Positions 20,131 to 28,612 of a stretch of 64,000 nucleotides of DNA are shown in pieces. The stretch spans positions 32,001 to 96,000 of the forward strand of contig CAVRCF010000002.1 of assembly GCA_963719505.1 (NCBI GenBank), given 5' to 3'. The notes under the pieces are model-generated. The model had not been told where the DNA came from. It saw only the letters and a program-made list of their open reading frames with translations, and searched no databases. Made by a program: the position numbers and the translations under genes. Every line of letters starts with the position of its first letter. Position 1 is the stretch's first letter. This stretch comes from Halobacteriovoraceae bacterium (GTDB lineage Bacteria > Bdellovibrionota > Bacteriovoracia > Bacteriovoracales > Bacteriovoracaceae).

Positions 20131-21330
20131 TTAGTTGAAAAATGAATAATACTTTAAGTTGTAGTCTATCGTTTCTTCGTCTACCCAAATTTGACCCTTT
20201 TCACACTCCCAATCTTTACTATAAGGAGAGCAAGTTTCACCCCAAGAGTTTCTAATGAGTAATTCACACTTATTAGTTTTCCTGTTTTTTCTAGAGCCTA
20301 TAACGATAGATGCGTGACCGCTGCATTTTTCTAGGGCCATAGTGTTAGTAGATCCTTTATGGGAAAACTTTTTATATCTCTTTCCTTTGAATAAAAAGTT
20401 TGCACAATAGCTAATTCCAACTGGTAAGTTAGACTCTAGTAGTCTCTGTGAGATGTCTTTTGTCATTTCTTTGGTTTCACTTCTTGTCAGAGTGGTTAAA
20501 TCGAAACTTGGAACCTGTTTTTTTGAGCTATCTTTGCAGGCTAGTCCTAAAAGATAAGATAGGTATTTAGGACTTTCTAAGCTATTGACTGAAAAATTTT
20601 TGAAAAATATATCTTTTTCAGGAAGTTTAATTCCCAGCTTTGAGTTAAGATATCTGTAGAGTTTTTCTTCAAATTTTTGCTGAATTACCGTCTTTTTACC
20701 TACAAAAGATGACCATGCTTCTCTGTCTTGCCTGTCTCTAATTGATCTAGAATTTTGATATATCGAATCAGAGCCAGGTGCTTGAAAATATATATCACTT
20801 CTAACTTGGTTGTATATTGCCCCATCAATTCGATCAATCTTTTCGATTCTATCTCTAAGTTTGATATCAAAGTTTCTCATTCCTTTTAGGACGCTACTAT
20901 AGCTAAAATTATCTTGAAGAACGTTGAATAGTTCGTCTACTGATCTTTTGTCACATGTTCCAATTTCTCGTAGCTCTAATAATGTATAGTTTAATAGACC
21001 TCCTTCGAATTGGAAAGAATCACTTGCAGAATAGTCTTTTTTCCATTGGTCTCGCTCTAATGATATTGCTGTAAAGAGAGGTGAAGTGTTTGATACTTTG
21101 TTGTGGATACCTTTATTTATATTATCTAAATTAATCTTTGCATCAATCATTTGATTTGCAGTATGGGCATAGCAGATACCTAGTTTTTTTTGATCAGTCA
21201 TTTTCATGTTCTTTACAGGAAGTTTTGCATACTTCATACCCTCCTGGTACTTATCAAGTCTTATGTTGTCACATGCAGAAGCTTTGAGGGTAAACAATAG
21301 AGCTATAAATATTACACAAGTCGCTTTCAT
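20131..21330 (-). CDS. Secreted papain-like (C1 family) cysteine peptidase
   Basis: Signal peptide; DQ..LG.CYAH (oxyanion Gln and catalytic Cys), GHAS.VIG (His) and IRNSWG (Asn). Confidence 0.85.
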   Translation of the reverse strand: MKATCVIFIALLFTLKASACDNIRLDKYQEGMKYAKLPVKNMKMTDQKKLGICYAHTANQMIDAKINLDNINKGIHNKVSNTSPLFTAISLERDQWKKDYSASDSFQFEGGLLNYTLLELREIGTCDKRSVDELFNVLQDNFSYSSVLKGMRNFDIKLRDRIEKIDRIDGAIYNQVRSDIYFQAPGSDSIYQNSRSIRDRQDREAWSSFVGKKTVIQQKFEEKLYRYLNSKLGIKLPEKDIFFKNFSVNSLESPKYLSYLLGLACKDSSKKQVPSFDLTTLTRSETKEMTKDISQRLLESNLPVGISYCANFLFKGKRYKKFSHKGSTNTMALEKCSGHASIVIGSRKNRKTNKCELLIRNSWGETCSPYSKDWECEKGQIWVDEETIDYNLKYYSFFN

Positions 21331-21459
21331 ATCTTTCCTTTTTTAGTATTACTTAAATATACCAATATTTTACTTTATTCCCATAACGGGTGAAAACATT
21401 ACAATAGTGTCGATTTATTAGACACTTTTTTAAAAGCATTAGATTGCGAAAGGATAAAA

Positions 21460-21807
21460 ATGTTAAAATATTCAATTTTCTTATTAATACTTAGTTTTTC
21501 AGCCTGGTCTGGCTGTAAAGATATATTGAGTAAATCTCACACTGTTAACGCTAGAGTTTTTGAGTTTTCTGAATCAGATTTAGTACTTGAAGATAGTTGG
21601 TCAAAAAATTTGTTAAGTCACTTATTACTCGATGAGCTTTCATGTGACGAGGCAGAGTTCAAATATAATAGAGAAAACCTTAATTGTTTAGATGCAAAAA
21701 GCACCTCTATATGTGAGTATCAGGATCCTAAGCTTGGTTACTTTGTAATAGTAACAGGGAGTTTTGGTCATTATGAATACAGAATTATTTGGTCTCGATG
21801 GGATTAA
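21460..21807 (+). CDS. Small secreted hypothetical protein (4 Cys)
   Basis: AAGGA RBS, signal peptide, C-terminal GYFVI...WSRWD. Confidence 0.7.
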   Translation: MLKYSIFLLILSFSAWSGCKDILSKSHTVNARVFEFSESDLVLEDSWSKNLLSHLLLDELSCDEAEFKYNRENLNCLDAKSTSICEYQDPKLGYFVIVTGSFGHYEYRIIWSRWD

Positions 21808-21877
21808 GTATTTATTAAAAACCCTTTAAATATTCAGATAATTGCCTTATAGATACAGAGTGGGTAGTATTTATATT

Positions 21878-22453
21878 ATGGGAAAAAAGGGTGAAAACAG
21901 GAAAAAGTCAATCTTAGATGCTGCATTGTTACTTGTAGGTGATATTGGCTTTGAGTCTGTTACCTTCCAGATGATAGCGGACAGGTTGAGAATAACTCAG
22001 CCTAATATTTTTTACTACTTTCCCACAAAAGATGCTCTCTTTTTTAATCTTATTGAGACTGTTTTGACATCAAGCCGACAGGCCAGTACGCCACAAAATT
22101 TAAATTTTAATGATAGTATTAGGTACCTTATTGTTGAGAGCTTAAATTGGGCGCGCGCAAGCTCTGACTCTGCTAAAGTCATTGTTCTTTTGAATTCAAA
22201 AGCGTGTTATGATGAGAAGTACTCGGAAATCTTTGCAAGAGTTACTAGAAATGGTGCAAGACGGGTGCAAGATGAAATTATAAAAGAATTTGGCTCTCTA
22301 AGTGAAGAGCAAGAAAGATTCTCTTATATTCTGCAAAAATTTTCTTTTTCGTCCCTTATTTATCTTTCAACTACTAAAGGTGAGGCTCATATAAACCTAC
22401 GCGTAGAAATTGAAAAACAACTTGAAGATCTAATCTCTTTTTTTCCTACTTAA
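21878..22453 (+). CDS. TetR/AcrR-family transcriptional regulator
   Basis: ILDAA..L....GFE.VT...IA..L.I....IFYYF.TKDAL HTH. Confidence 0.9.
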   Translation: MGKKGENRKKSILDAALLLVGDIGFESVTFQMIADRLRITQPNIFYYFPTKDALFFNLIETVLTSSRQASTPQNLNFNDSIRYLIVESLNWARASSDSAKVIVLLNSKACYDEKYSEIFARVTRNGARRVQDEIIKEFGSLSEEQERFSYILQKFSFSSLIYLSTTKGEAHINLRVEIEKQLEDLISFFPT

Positions 22454-22525
22454 CTATGTCAAAAATTCATACAATCTTTTAATTTAATTAATTTAGTGTT
22501 ACTAAGTTTCAACAAGGAGATTACT

Positions 22526-22930
22526 ATGAAAAAAATTATTTTACTTACCCTGCTTACCTCAAATTTTGTCTTTGCTAGTAATGTTGCAAATCTTATTACT
22601 TGTACAAGTGCAAACGGCTACAACGTTGACACTCTTACGGTATCTTATAATGATAGAAGTAGCGCTCTTGAGGTTGAAGTTACTCATCTAGACGAAAGTA
22701 TAGAGGTTTATGATATACCTTCCTCGTTGGATTTTGCTGAAATGTCTCTTCAGCTGATGGAATTAGATCTGCATCTCGGTATATCTAATATGGTCTACGG
22801 AACTCGTGAGGCTCTTGAGCTAGAAGTCTCAATCGTTGGTGATGTTGGTTATGCAAAGAGTTCATTGGAAGACCAGTACCTAGATTGTGAATGGTCTGAC
22901 GAAATCTTGGAATGGTACGAAGAGCTTTAG
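22526..22930 (+). CDS. Secreted acidic hypothetical protein
   Basis: AAGGAG RBS before the ATG at 22526, signal peptide ending in VFA, two Cys. Confidence 0.75.
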   Translation: MKKIILLTLLTSNFVFASNVANLITCTSANGYNVDTLTVSYNDRSSALEVEVTHLDESIEVYDIPSSLDFAEMSLQLMELDLHLGISNMVYGTREALELEVSIVGDVGYAKSSLEDQYLDCEWSDEILEWYEEL

Positions 22931-22941
22931 ATTTTTCAATG

Positions 22942-22964
22942 AGTCCACTTCAGTTAAGTGGACT
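22942..22964. terminator. Bidirectional terminator hairpin
   Basis: AGTCCACTT-cagtt-AAGTGGACT between convergent stops. Confidence 0.65.
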
Positions 22965-23569
22965 TATTGTTTATTAACTTGAGCTTCTTGAGATAATCTT
23001 TTAATAACTTTAAGTCCTCTGGAATTTACAGATTCTGGAGGTGAAAAATACAAATTACATTTCTCTATTTTGTACCTAGACAACTGTACTTCACAAGACC
23101 TTGTATTTTCAGTATTTGAACTAGTTCTTAGTATTGACTTACACGAATCTTGGTCTATTTGGATAAGGTTATTACCAACCTTAACCCTGATTTGCTTTGG
23201 TTGACATGTAGTCTTATTTATAGTGATAAAGGTGTTGGAATCGTGACCCATCAAATCTTTGGTAGTTGCAGAAACTTTTATTTCATTCTCATATACTTTT
23301 CCAGAAAAAATATCCCTCGGTTTTCGGTTGATCTCAAAGGAGTTATTTTCTCTTTGAAACTTTGTCGATTCGTCAAGTTTCGTATAGGTTACATCGCTAA
23401 TTGGTTCGAATTTATAGTCCGATCCAGTTCTGGTTTTCTTTATCAAGCCCAACGGTTGCCATGCCTCAGTGTATCTCCTCATGAGTAACTCATTAGAGCA
23501 AGAAGTTGATTCAGCTGAAGCAGCCGAAAAACTTGAAATGATGAATAGCAAATGAATGTATTTGAACAT
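22964..23569 (-). CDS. Secreted Cys-containing hypothetical protein
   Basis: AAGGAG RBS, signal peptide. Confidence 0.75.
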   Translation of the reverse strand: MFKYIHLLFIISSFSAASAESTSCSNELLMRRYTEAWQPLGLIKKTRTGSDYKFEPISDVTYTKLDESTKFQRENNSFEINRKPRDIFSGKVYENEIKVSATTKDLMGHDSNTFITINKTTCQPKQIRVKVGNNLIQIDQDSCKSILRTSSNTENTRSCEVQLSRYKIEKCNLYFSPPESVNSRGLKVIKRLSQEAQVNKQ

Positions 23570-23590
23570 ATTATCTCCTTGGTTTTTAAC

Positions 23591-23617
23591 TTATCGTCTA
23601 ATGTTTAAATTAGTTTA
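23591..23617 (-). promoter_or_regulatory. sigma28/FliA-type promoter
   Basis: Minus strand TAAA-N15-GACGATAA, 22 nt upstream of the ATG at 23569. Confidence 0.65.
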
Positions 23618-23663
23618 ATTTATTTTTATGTAATTATAGTAGTGTTTTAATGGAGCAAATTAT

Positions 23664-24371
23664 ATGGGTATTAAAAGAGTATTAATTGTCGGTGGAACAA
23701 AAGGTTTGGGTTTAAGTTTGAGTGAAGAGTATAGGCGGGGTGGTCATGAGGTCGTTATTTTAGGGGCTTCGTGTCAAGAATCTTTGAGTTCGATAAAGTG
23801 TGATATTTCGAGCTCTGATGATCTCTTTCTTTTAAAAACTCGACTTCAGAGAGAGGGTAAATTTGATATTATTCACCTTAATTCTGCAGTAGCATTTATC
23901 AGTAAGGACTCAATAAACTTTGAGCATATTTACAAAATGATTGATATTAATTTAATGGGGACTCTCAAAGTATTAGAGATACTTATTTCTGTTTATAAAG
24001 GTCAATTCCATATAGTGTTTACATCCAGTGTTACTTCTTTTAGAGGTTATTTTAATGTCGCAGATGGAAGTGCATCTAAGTCATTTATGAGTAACTTTAT
24101 TGAGTCAAATTCAGAACGGTTCAAGAAACAAGGTATATTTTACTCGATCATATATCCTGCATATATAGAGACTAGGCTGAGTAACCAGGAAGCTAATCAA
24201 AAGCCCTTTATTATGGGCCCTGATGCAATGTCGAAGTATGTGGTTAGAAAGGTTTTGAAAGGGGACGTATCAATTATGCCCCAAAGGGGAGCATTCTACT
24301 TAGCGAAATTACTTTCACTTTTTAGCTACGAGATTTATTTTAAGGTTTTGAAGTACTGTCTTGGTAAGTAA
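23664..24371 (+). CDS. Short-chain dehydrogenase/reductase (SDR); catalytic Tyr apparently absent
   Basis: GGTKGLG Rossmann motif, N..G, TSS, xSASK and PAYIET motifs. Confidence 0.85.
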   Translation: MGIKRVLIVGGTKGLGLSLSEEYRRGGHEVVILGASCQESLSSIKCDISSSDDLFLLKTRLQREGKFDIIHLNSAVAFISKDSINFEHIYKMIDINLMGTLKVLEILISVYKGQFHIVFTSSVTSFRGYFNVADGSASKSFMSNFIESNSERFKKQGIFYSIIYPAYIETRLSNQEANQKPFIMGPDAMSKYVVRKVLKGDVSIMPQRGAFYLAKLLSLFSYEIYFKVLKYCLGK

Positions 24372-24467
24372 GGCTTTTGACTTTTAAAGTATGTAGAAAT
24401 TACAGTTTTACTTACTGCGTTAGCTAGTCGTGATACTTTAGTATTACTATAAAAGTAAGGAGTCAAG

Positions 24468-24935
24468 ATGAGTTTAATTTTTAGAGTGTTTTTATTGTTA
24501 TCTTTTTCAATGGTCATCGTGGGTTGTGATATAGAGGACTCGCTAACTAACTATGAAGTTCTGGCAGCCTCATCAAGCTACACTTCTGAGAAAGTTGATG
24601 ATTATCATGTAGACTTCCATATAATTAGGAATCGACCCTATCGAGAACCTTTGACGATTACTTACCTGGTTTCGATTCAGGACACTCACACTGCAGAGAT
24701 CGAAGAGTTCTCATTTGATCAAATTAACGCTGATATTGACTACTTATATGGTTTGCCAAAGACTATTGAATTGTTCGACTCCAGAACGAAAGCTAGTTTA
24801 AAGGGGATTTTTGATCATACAACCACCGAGACAAGGGGTGGAGACGGTTACAGTGTCAGAATACACAAGGGAAAATTAACTCTGGATAGAGGAGCACTTA
24901 AGCCAAAAATTACAATTTGGGTTCAAACTAAATAA
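24468..24935 (+). CDS. Hypothetical lipoprotein
   Basis: AAGGAG RBS, lipobox IVGC. Confidence 0.7.
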   Translation: MSLIFRVFLLLSFSMVIVGCDIEDSLTNYEVLAASSSYTSEKVDDYHVDFHIIRNRPYREPLTITYLVSIQDTHTAEIEEFSFDQINADIDYLYGLPKTIELFDSRTKASLKGIFDHTTTETRGGDGYSVRIHKGKLTLDRGALKPKITIWVQTK

Positions 24936-24972
24936 ATTAATCCTAAAAAAGAACTTTATCTTTCAAATAGTC

Positions 24973-24999
24973 TAAAGAATTCTTCGCATTAACCGATAA
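24973..24999 (+). promoter_or_regulatory. sigma28/FliA-type promoter overlapped by an inverted repeat
   Basis: TAAA-N15-ACCGATAA; IR TTCGCATTAAC (24983-24993) / GTTAATGCGGA (25009-25019). Confidence 0.65.
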
Positions 25000-25025
25000 G
25001 TACACATTGTTAATGCGGAGGTTTT

Positions 25026-26339
25026 ATTACAAAGCTACTACTTACCATTTTAGGACTAACTTTATCTATTATTTCTTATTCAAAGGAATATATCTCCAAA
25101 TATAATATCTCAGACGTCAAGAGTTCGATTTTAAAGAATTATGCCGTTCAAACTCCTTTGTGTAGAGATAGGGTAGAGTTGTTTTTAGATTCTGTTGATG
25201 AACTAGAAAGTGAGAATATTGTATACTCTCAATCTAGGGAGGTGGGGGCGGGCACCTTTGATTGTTCAAGTGCAGCTAAATGTATCTGGAATAAGTTCAG
25301 TGCTAAAAACAAGTCATTGAATACATATGGCATGAACACCTCTTCACAAATGATAGAGAAGGCTCACAGTAATTCTTCGTTAACTATAATAGGTCAAACT
25401 AAACAAAAAGTTGGTTCTAATACTTACACTGGTTTTGAAACTAAAATTGGATCAACTATTGCATATCAGGGAAGTAGTGGAGGGCATGTTTTCATAATGG
25501 TCGATCCGGCCAATTGTATTGCCTTCAATGTCTCTGTGGATCACGATTCATCAAAATCTTCTTATCAAGGCTACGTAGATAAGGCCAATAAGAATGATTC
25601 ATCAAAGCTAATTAAAATAAAAGGATGCAGTAATGGATTTGTTTACGCTTTTAACAAAACAAACTCTGGAAATGGACATTTTTTTGGAGCTAAGTCAGCG
25701 CCAGGCGGAGACATTGTCTCAAGCATTGTAAACTTCATTCCAACATCTCTCGATGAGTGCTTAAAAAAAGTTGCCGATGATCATTGTGAAGACTGTAAGC
25801 CTTCCTTGAGGGGGCATGAAACGAGCAATATAGACAATCTTAGTACCAATATAGAAAATATAATCTCTAATTCAGGATCAAAATCTTATAAAGTGAAGGC
25901 TGGAGATACGATGTATTCACTTTCTCGTAAATTTGGCTTCAAGAAGACTGAAGATTTTATGAATGAGGTTGGAAAAAAAAGTAATAACTTATCTGCTGGA
26001 GAACTTTTAATCTTTAAAAGTGCTGAGAGCTCAGTTGATCCAGAAAAAGATGATTCTTGGATGAATAGACCGATTGGTATAGCAAGCAATTCTAGAAAGC
26101 CATCCGAATCACCGTCTAAGGTTTATGTAAGTGGTGTTGAATTTGATGAGGTTATACCGGACACTCTTGCAGATGGATTGACCCAAAATGCGTCTAATTG
26201 CTCAAAAATGTGTATTAATAGCTATCTTGGTGTTTGTGTTAGGGAGTCTTCAAGGAGCCAGACAAGGTCTCAAAAATATTCTTTATGTGTAAGAACTGAT
26301 AGTGATAGGTTTTTATTTGTTGATGAAAGGGAGTTGTGA
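25026..26339 (+). CDS. Secreted NlpC/P60-like (papain-fold) peptidoglycan endopeptidase + LysM + novel C-terminal Cys domain
   Basis: Frame is open upstream of 25158 and encodes a signal peptide (ITKLLLTILGLTLSIISYS). Y.....FDCSS (Cys), GHVFIM (His), LysM YKVKAGDTMYSLSRKFG...L.AGE.L. Confidence 0.7.
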   Translation: MTKLLLTILGLTLSIISYSKEYISKYNISDVKSSILKNYAVQTPLCRDRVELFLDSVDELESENIVYSQSREVGAGTFDCSSAAKCIWNKFSAKNKSLNTYGMNTSSQMIEKAHSNSSLTIIGQTKQKVGSNTYTGFETKIGSTIAYQGSSGGHVFIMVDPANCIAFNVSVDHDSSKSSYQGYVDKANKNDSSKLIKIKGCSNGFVYAFNKTNSGNGHFFGAKSAPGGDIVSSIVNFIPTSLDECLKKVADDHCEDCKPSLRGHETSNIDNLSTNIENIISNSGSKSYKVKAGDTMYSLSRKFGFKKTEDFMNEVGKKSNNLSAGELLIFKSAESSVDPEKDDSWMNRPIGIASNSRKPSESPSKVYVSGVEFDEVIPDTLADGLTQNASNCSKMCINSYLGVCVRESSRSQTRSQKYSLCVRTDSDRFLFVDEREL

Positions 26340-27907
26340 TGAGGACATTAATAGTGATGATTTTTTTTAGCCTCATTGTTGTTGCTGGAGAGTATTCACA
26401 TATTGAGTACGTGGTAAAGAGTGGTGACACACTTTACAGTTTGAAAAATAAACTGGGATTCGGAAGTGTGAATTTGTTAAGGAGTGCCATGAATCCAACG
26501 CCTAATTCTGATTCAATAAAAGTGGGGGATGTTTACATTATAAAGCTCGATTATGATGCAGACGCAGACTTAAAGAGTGTAGTGCACTTATCCACCAAAT
26601 CCTTTCTAGAAATTGATCCAACCAATGATTTGGTAGGTAAATCATGTGTGTCTAATAATAATTCTCCAAATAATCATGAAGTTTCCGGTTTTTATGTCAA
26701 ACCCAGACAGTTTGTTGGAGGCGGATGCAACTTTTATCCAACCAGTGTCAGCGACATAAGTCTAAGAGATGTGATTGCGCAGCTAATAGTGTCTACGTCT
26801 AAGGACAAGAAGTATAAAGAAAACGCTTCAGCATCACAAGACCTTGCTACTCAGATTGTGATAATGTCAAAATATGCAGGAGTTGATCCCAGAGTAATAT
26901 CAGCGCTTATTCTCAAGGAGAGTTTTTTTGTAGATGCCGCAACGGCTCAAATGCAATTCTCTATTGGTAAAACAACAGGTATGGGGCAAGTGAGTTCTGA
27001 TATACAATCCCAAGTTAAAAATCTACCCAATACTGAGGTCCTTCTCAATCAAGTCAAATCAGAGCTAGGTAATTTAAAAATTAATTACGATGTCTTTAAT
27101 TCTATTATGGCTTTCAAAATAAAAGAGGCAGATATTTTAGATGCTAGCCCTTCCAGAGCTTTTTATTTAAAGAAATATAGTTCGTCAGATGAATCCATAT
27201 TTGGTCGCTTTAATGGAACAAATGAATTGAAAGTTGATTGCAATTCAGATCACTTAGTGGGAGCCACAATAGGTTCATACAACGCAAATAAAGAAGTCCT
27301 TCAAGGTGGGAGCGAAAAATTTTCGCGTGCTGCTTTTTACACTCATGATGTTTTAAGCGTAGCTCAAGGTTTAATGGGATATCCATACTCCCCAGAGAAT
27401 GTTTTTAAAAGGGATAAAATTCCAATATTGAAAAATGTGAAAAGGCTTTCTGGAGATTTTGAATCTAGTAAATACATTGAAACCTCTAGTCTTGTATTAA
27501 AACCTGCAACACCTAAAAATAAAATAAAGAATGATTTAAAATCAGTCAGTAAAAATAATGATTCTGAACAAAATAATGCTTGGATGCATAAACCTATAGT
27601 TGATTCTAGAAAAGATGATTCTTGGATGCATAGGCCTATAGTTGACTCAAAAAACTTTAACGACGGCTCAGTTCGTGTGATGGTCGGGCGGGAAAATCTT
27701 GAGATTGTTGAGGGGGACGACTTGATGGAGGGGCTAGCTGTCTATCAGAAGGCGGATGACTGTCAGAGTCAATGCTATAATAGATTTATGGGGAGATGTG
27801 TTGATGTATCTTCTCGATTTAATTCTTCACATGTACAGGTTGGCATTAATAAGTATGGCTATTGTAGAAAAACAAACTCAGGCTTCTTTGTTTTTACCAA
27901 AGATTGA
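26336..27907 (+). CDS. Secreted LysM + SLT-type lytic transglycosylase + novel C-terminal Cys domain
   Basis: Signal peptide; LysM YVVKSGDTLYSL...IKVGD; SLT motifs GVDPRVISALILKES.F, GMGQV and GSYNA; GTGA overlap with the upstream gene. Confidence 0.75.
   Translation: MMRTLIVMIFFSLIVVAGEYSHIEYVVKSGDTLYSLKNKLGFGSVNLLRSAMNPTPNSDSIKVGDVYIIKLDYDADADLKSVVHLSTKSFLEIDPTNDLVGKSCVSNNNSPNNHEVSGFYVKPRQFVGGGCNFYPTSVSDISLRDVIAQLIVSTSKDKKYKENASASQDLATQIVIMSKYAGVDPRVISALILKESFFVDAATAQMQFSIGKTTGMGQVSSDIQSQVKNLPNTEVLLNQVKSELGNLKINYDVFNSIMAFKIKEADILDASPSRAFYLKKYSSSDESIFGRFNGTNELKVDCNSDHLVGATIGSYNANKEVLQGGSEKFSRAAFYTHDVLSVAQGLMGYPYSPENVFKRDKIPILKNVKRLSGDFESSKYIETSSLVLKPATPKNKIKNDLKSVSKNNDSEQNNAWMHKPIVDSRKDDSWMHRPIVDSKNFNDGSVRVMVGRENLEIVEGDDLMEGLAVYQKADDCQSQCYNRFMGRCVDVSSRFNSSHVQVGINKYGYCRKTNSGFFVFTKD
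27579..27648 (+). repeat. 42-bp-period tandem duplication encoding WMHxPIVDS; a third copy lies in the upstream gene at 26045-26063
   Basis: CTTGGATGCATAaaCCTATAGTTGAtTC (27579) vs CTTGGATGCATAggCCTATAGTTGAcTC (27621). AAAAGATGATTCTTGGATG is identical at 26045 and 27610. Confidence 0.9.
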
Positions 27908-28612
27908 AATTTCACTAGGATTTATTTATTAAAAAGGGGGGGGGATTTTTGTTATCTGACTTTTTTTCATTTAAGTCTAAACTCAAGTAGATTTAAAGCA
28001 AAAGTGGTATTCGGTTCGTTTAGTGAAGGAGTGGTATAGGGAAGGGATCTGGATAAATTCTTAACTCTTCTAATGGATTATTTGAAACCCATCATGCTTA
28101 GATGCAATTTAATTTCTGTTGATGATAGCCTCGCAAGTTCTCATTGTGACTTCTTCAAAAAATGGTAAAAACACTTTTCTAAAGCAATAATTCTCGCTGC
28201 TTTTATAGCAGATTGAATTCACTTTGTTCGTGAATACTTAATTGACACTAATACAAATTTATTATCTACTAGAGTTGACGTTACCTTTTTACCTTTTTAA
28301 AATGGAGAAGTGCCTGGTGTGAAACCATCATAAACATCCTGAATCACGTAGAATTAGTGAGTATTATTTTCGAAAAATAAAGTAAGTTGCGACTGAAAAA
28401 TCTGGGAGAGTCAATAATCAAATTTGTGTTGCGAAAGTTAGGCATGCTTTTTATCTGTTTCGAGCTTTTATAGCGGTGGAAGTGGGTTGGTTATTGACCT
28501 AGTATAGATTCAATTTCTTAAAGTGGTGTCAGAAATAAATATACTTTTGATAACTATAATCGCACGCAGTAACTGTAATATTTTATGTAGAATAATTCCA
28601 AAGGTTTAAGTT

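Noticed and set aside
21407-22475. TGTC-N9-GACA palindrome (21408, with a variant at 22457) as a TetR operator or global motif
   Set aside because: Only one perfect copy and one near copy; other TGTC half-sites do not keep the spacing, so it cannot be supported without a genome-wide count.
27936-27944. G9 homopolymer as a phase-variation tract
   Set aside because: It is downstream of a stop codon and not in a recognisable promoter or ORF.
28078-28337. Minus-strand frame with two in-frame TGA codons (...RTK*IQSAIKAARIIALEKC...SQ*ELAR...), considered as selenocysteine or stop recoding
   Set aside because: No SECIS-like hairpin is evident and TGA ends normal genes elsewhere in the window (for example 9536, 14577, 27907). 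At most a decayed gene remnant that I cannot identify.
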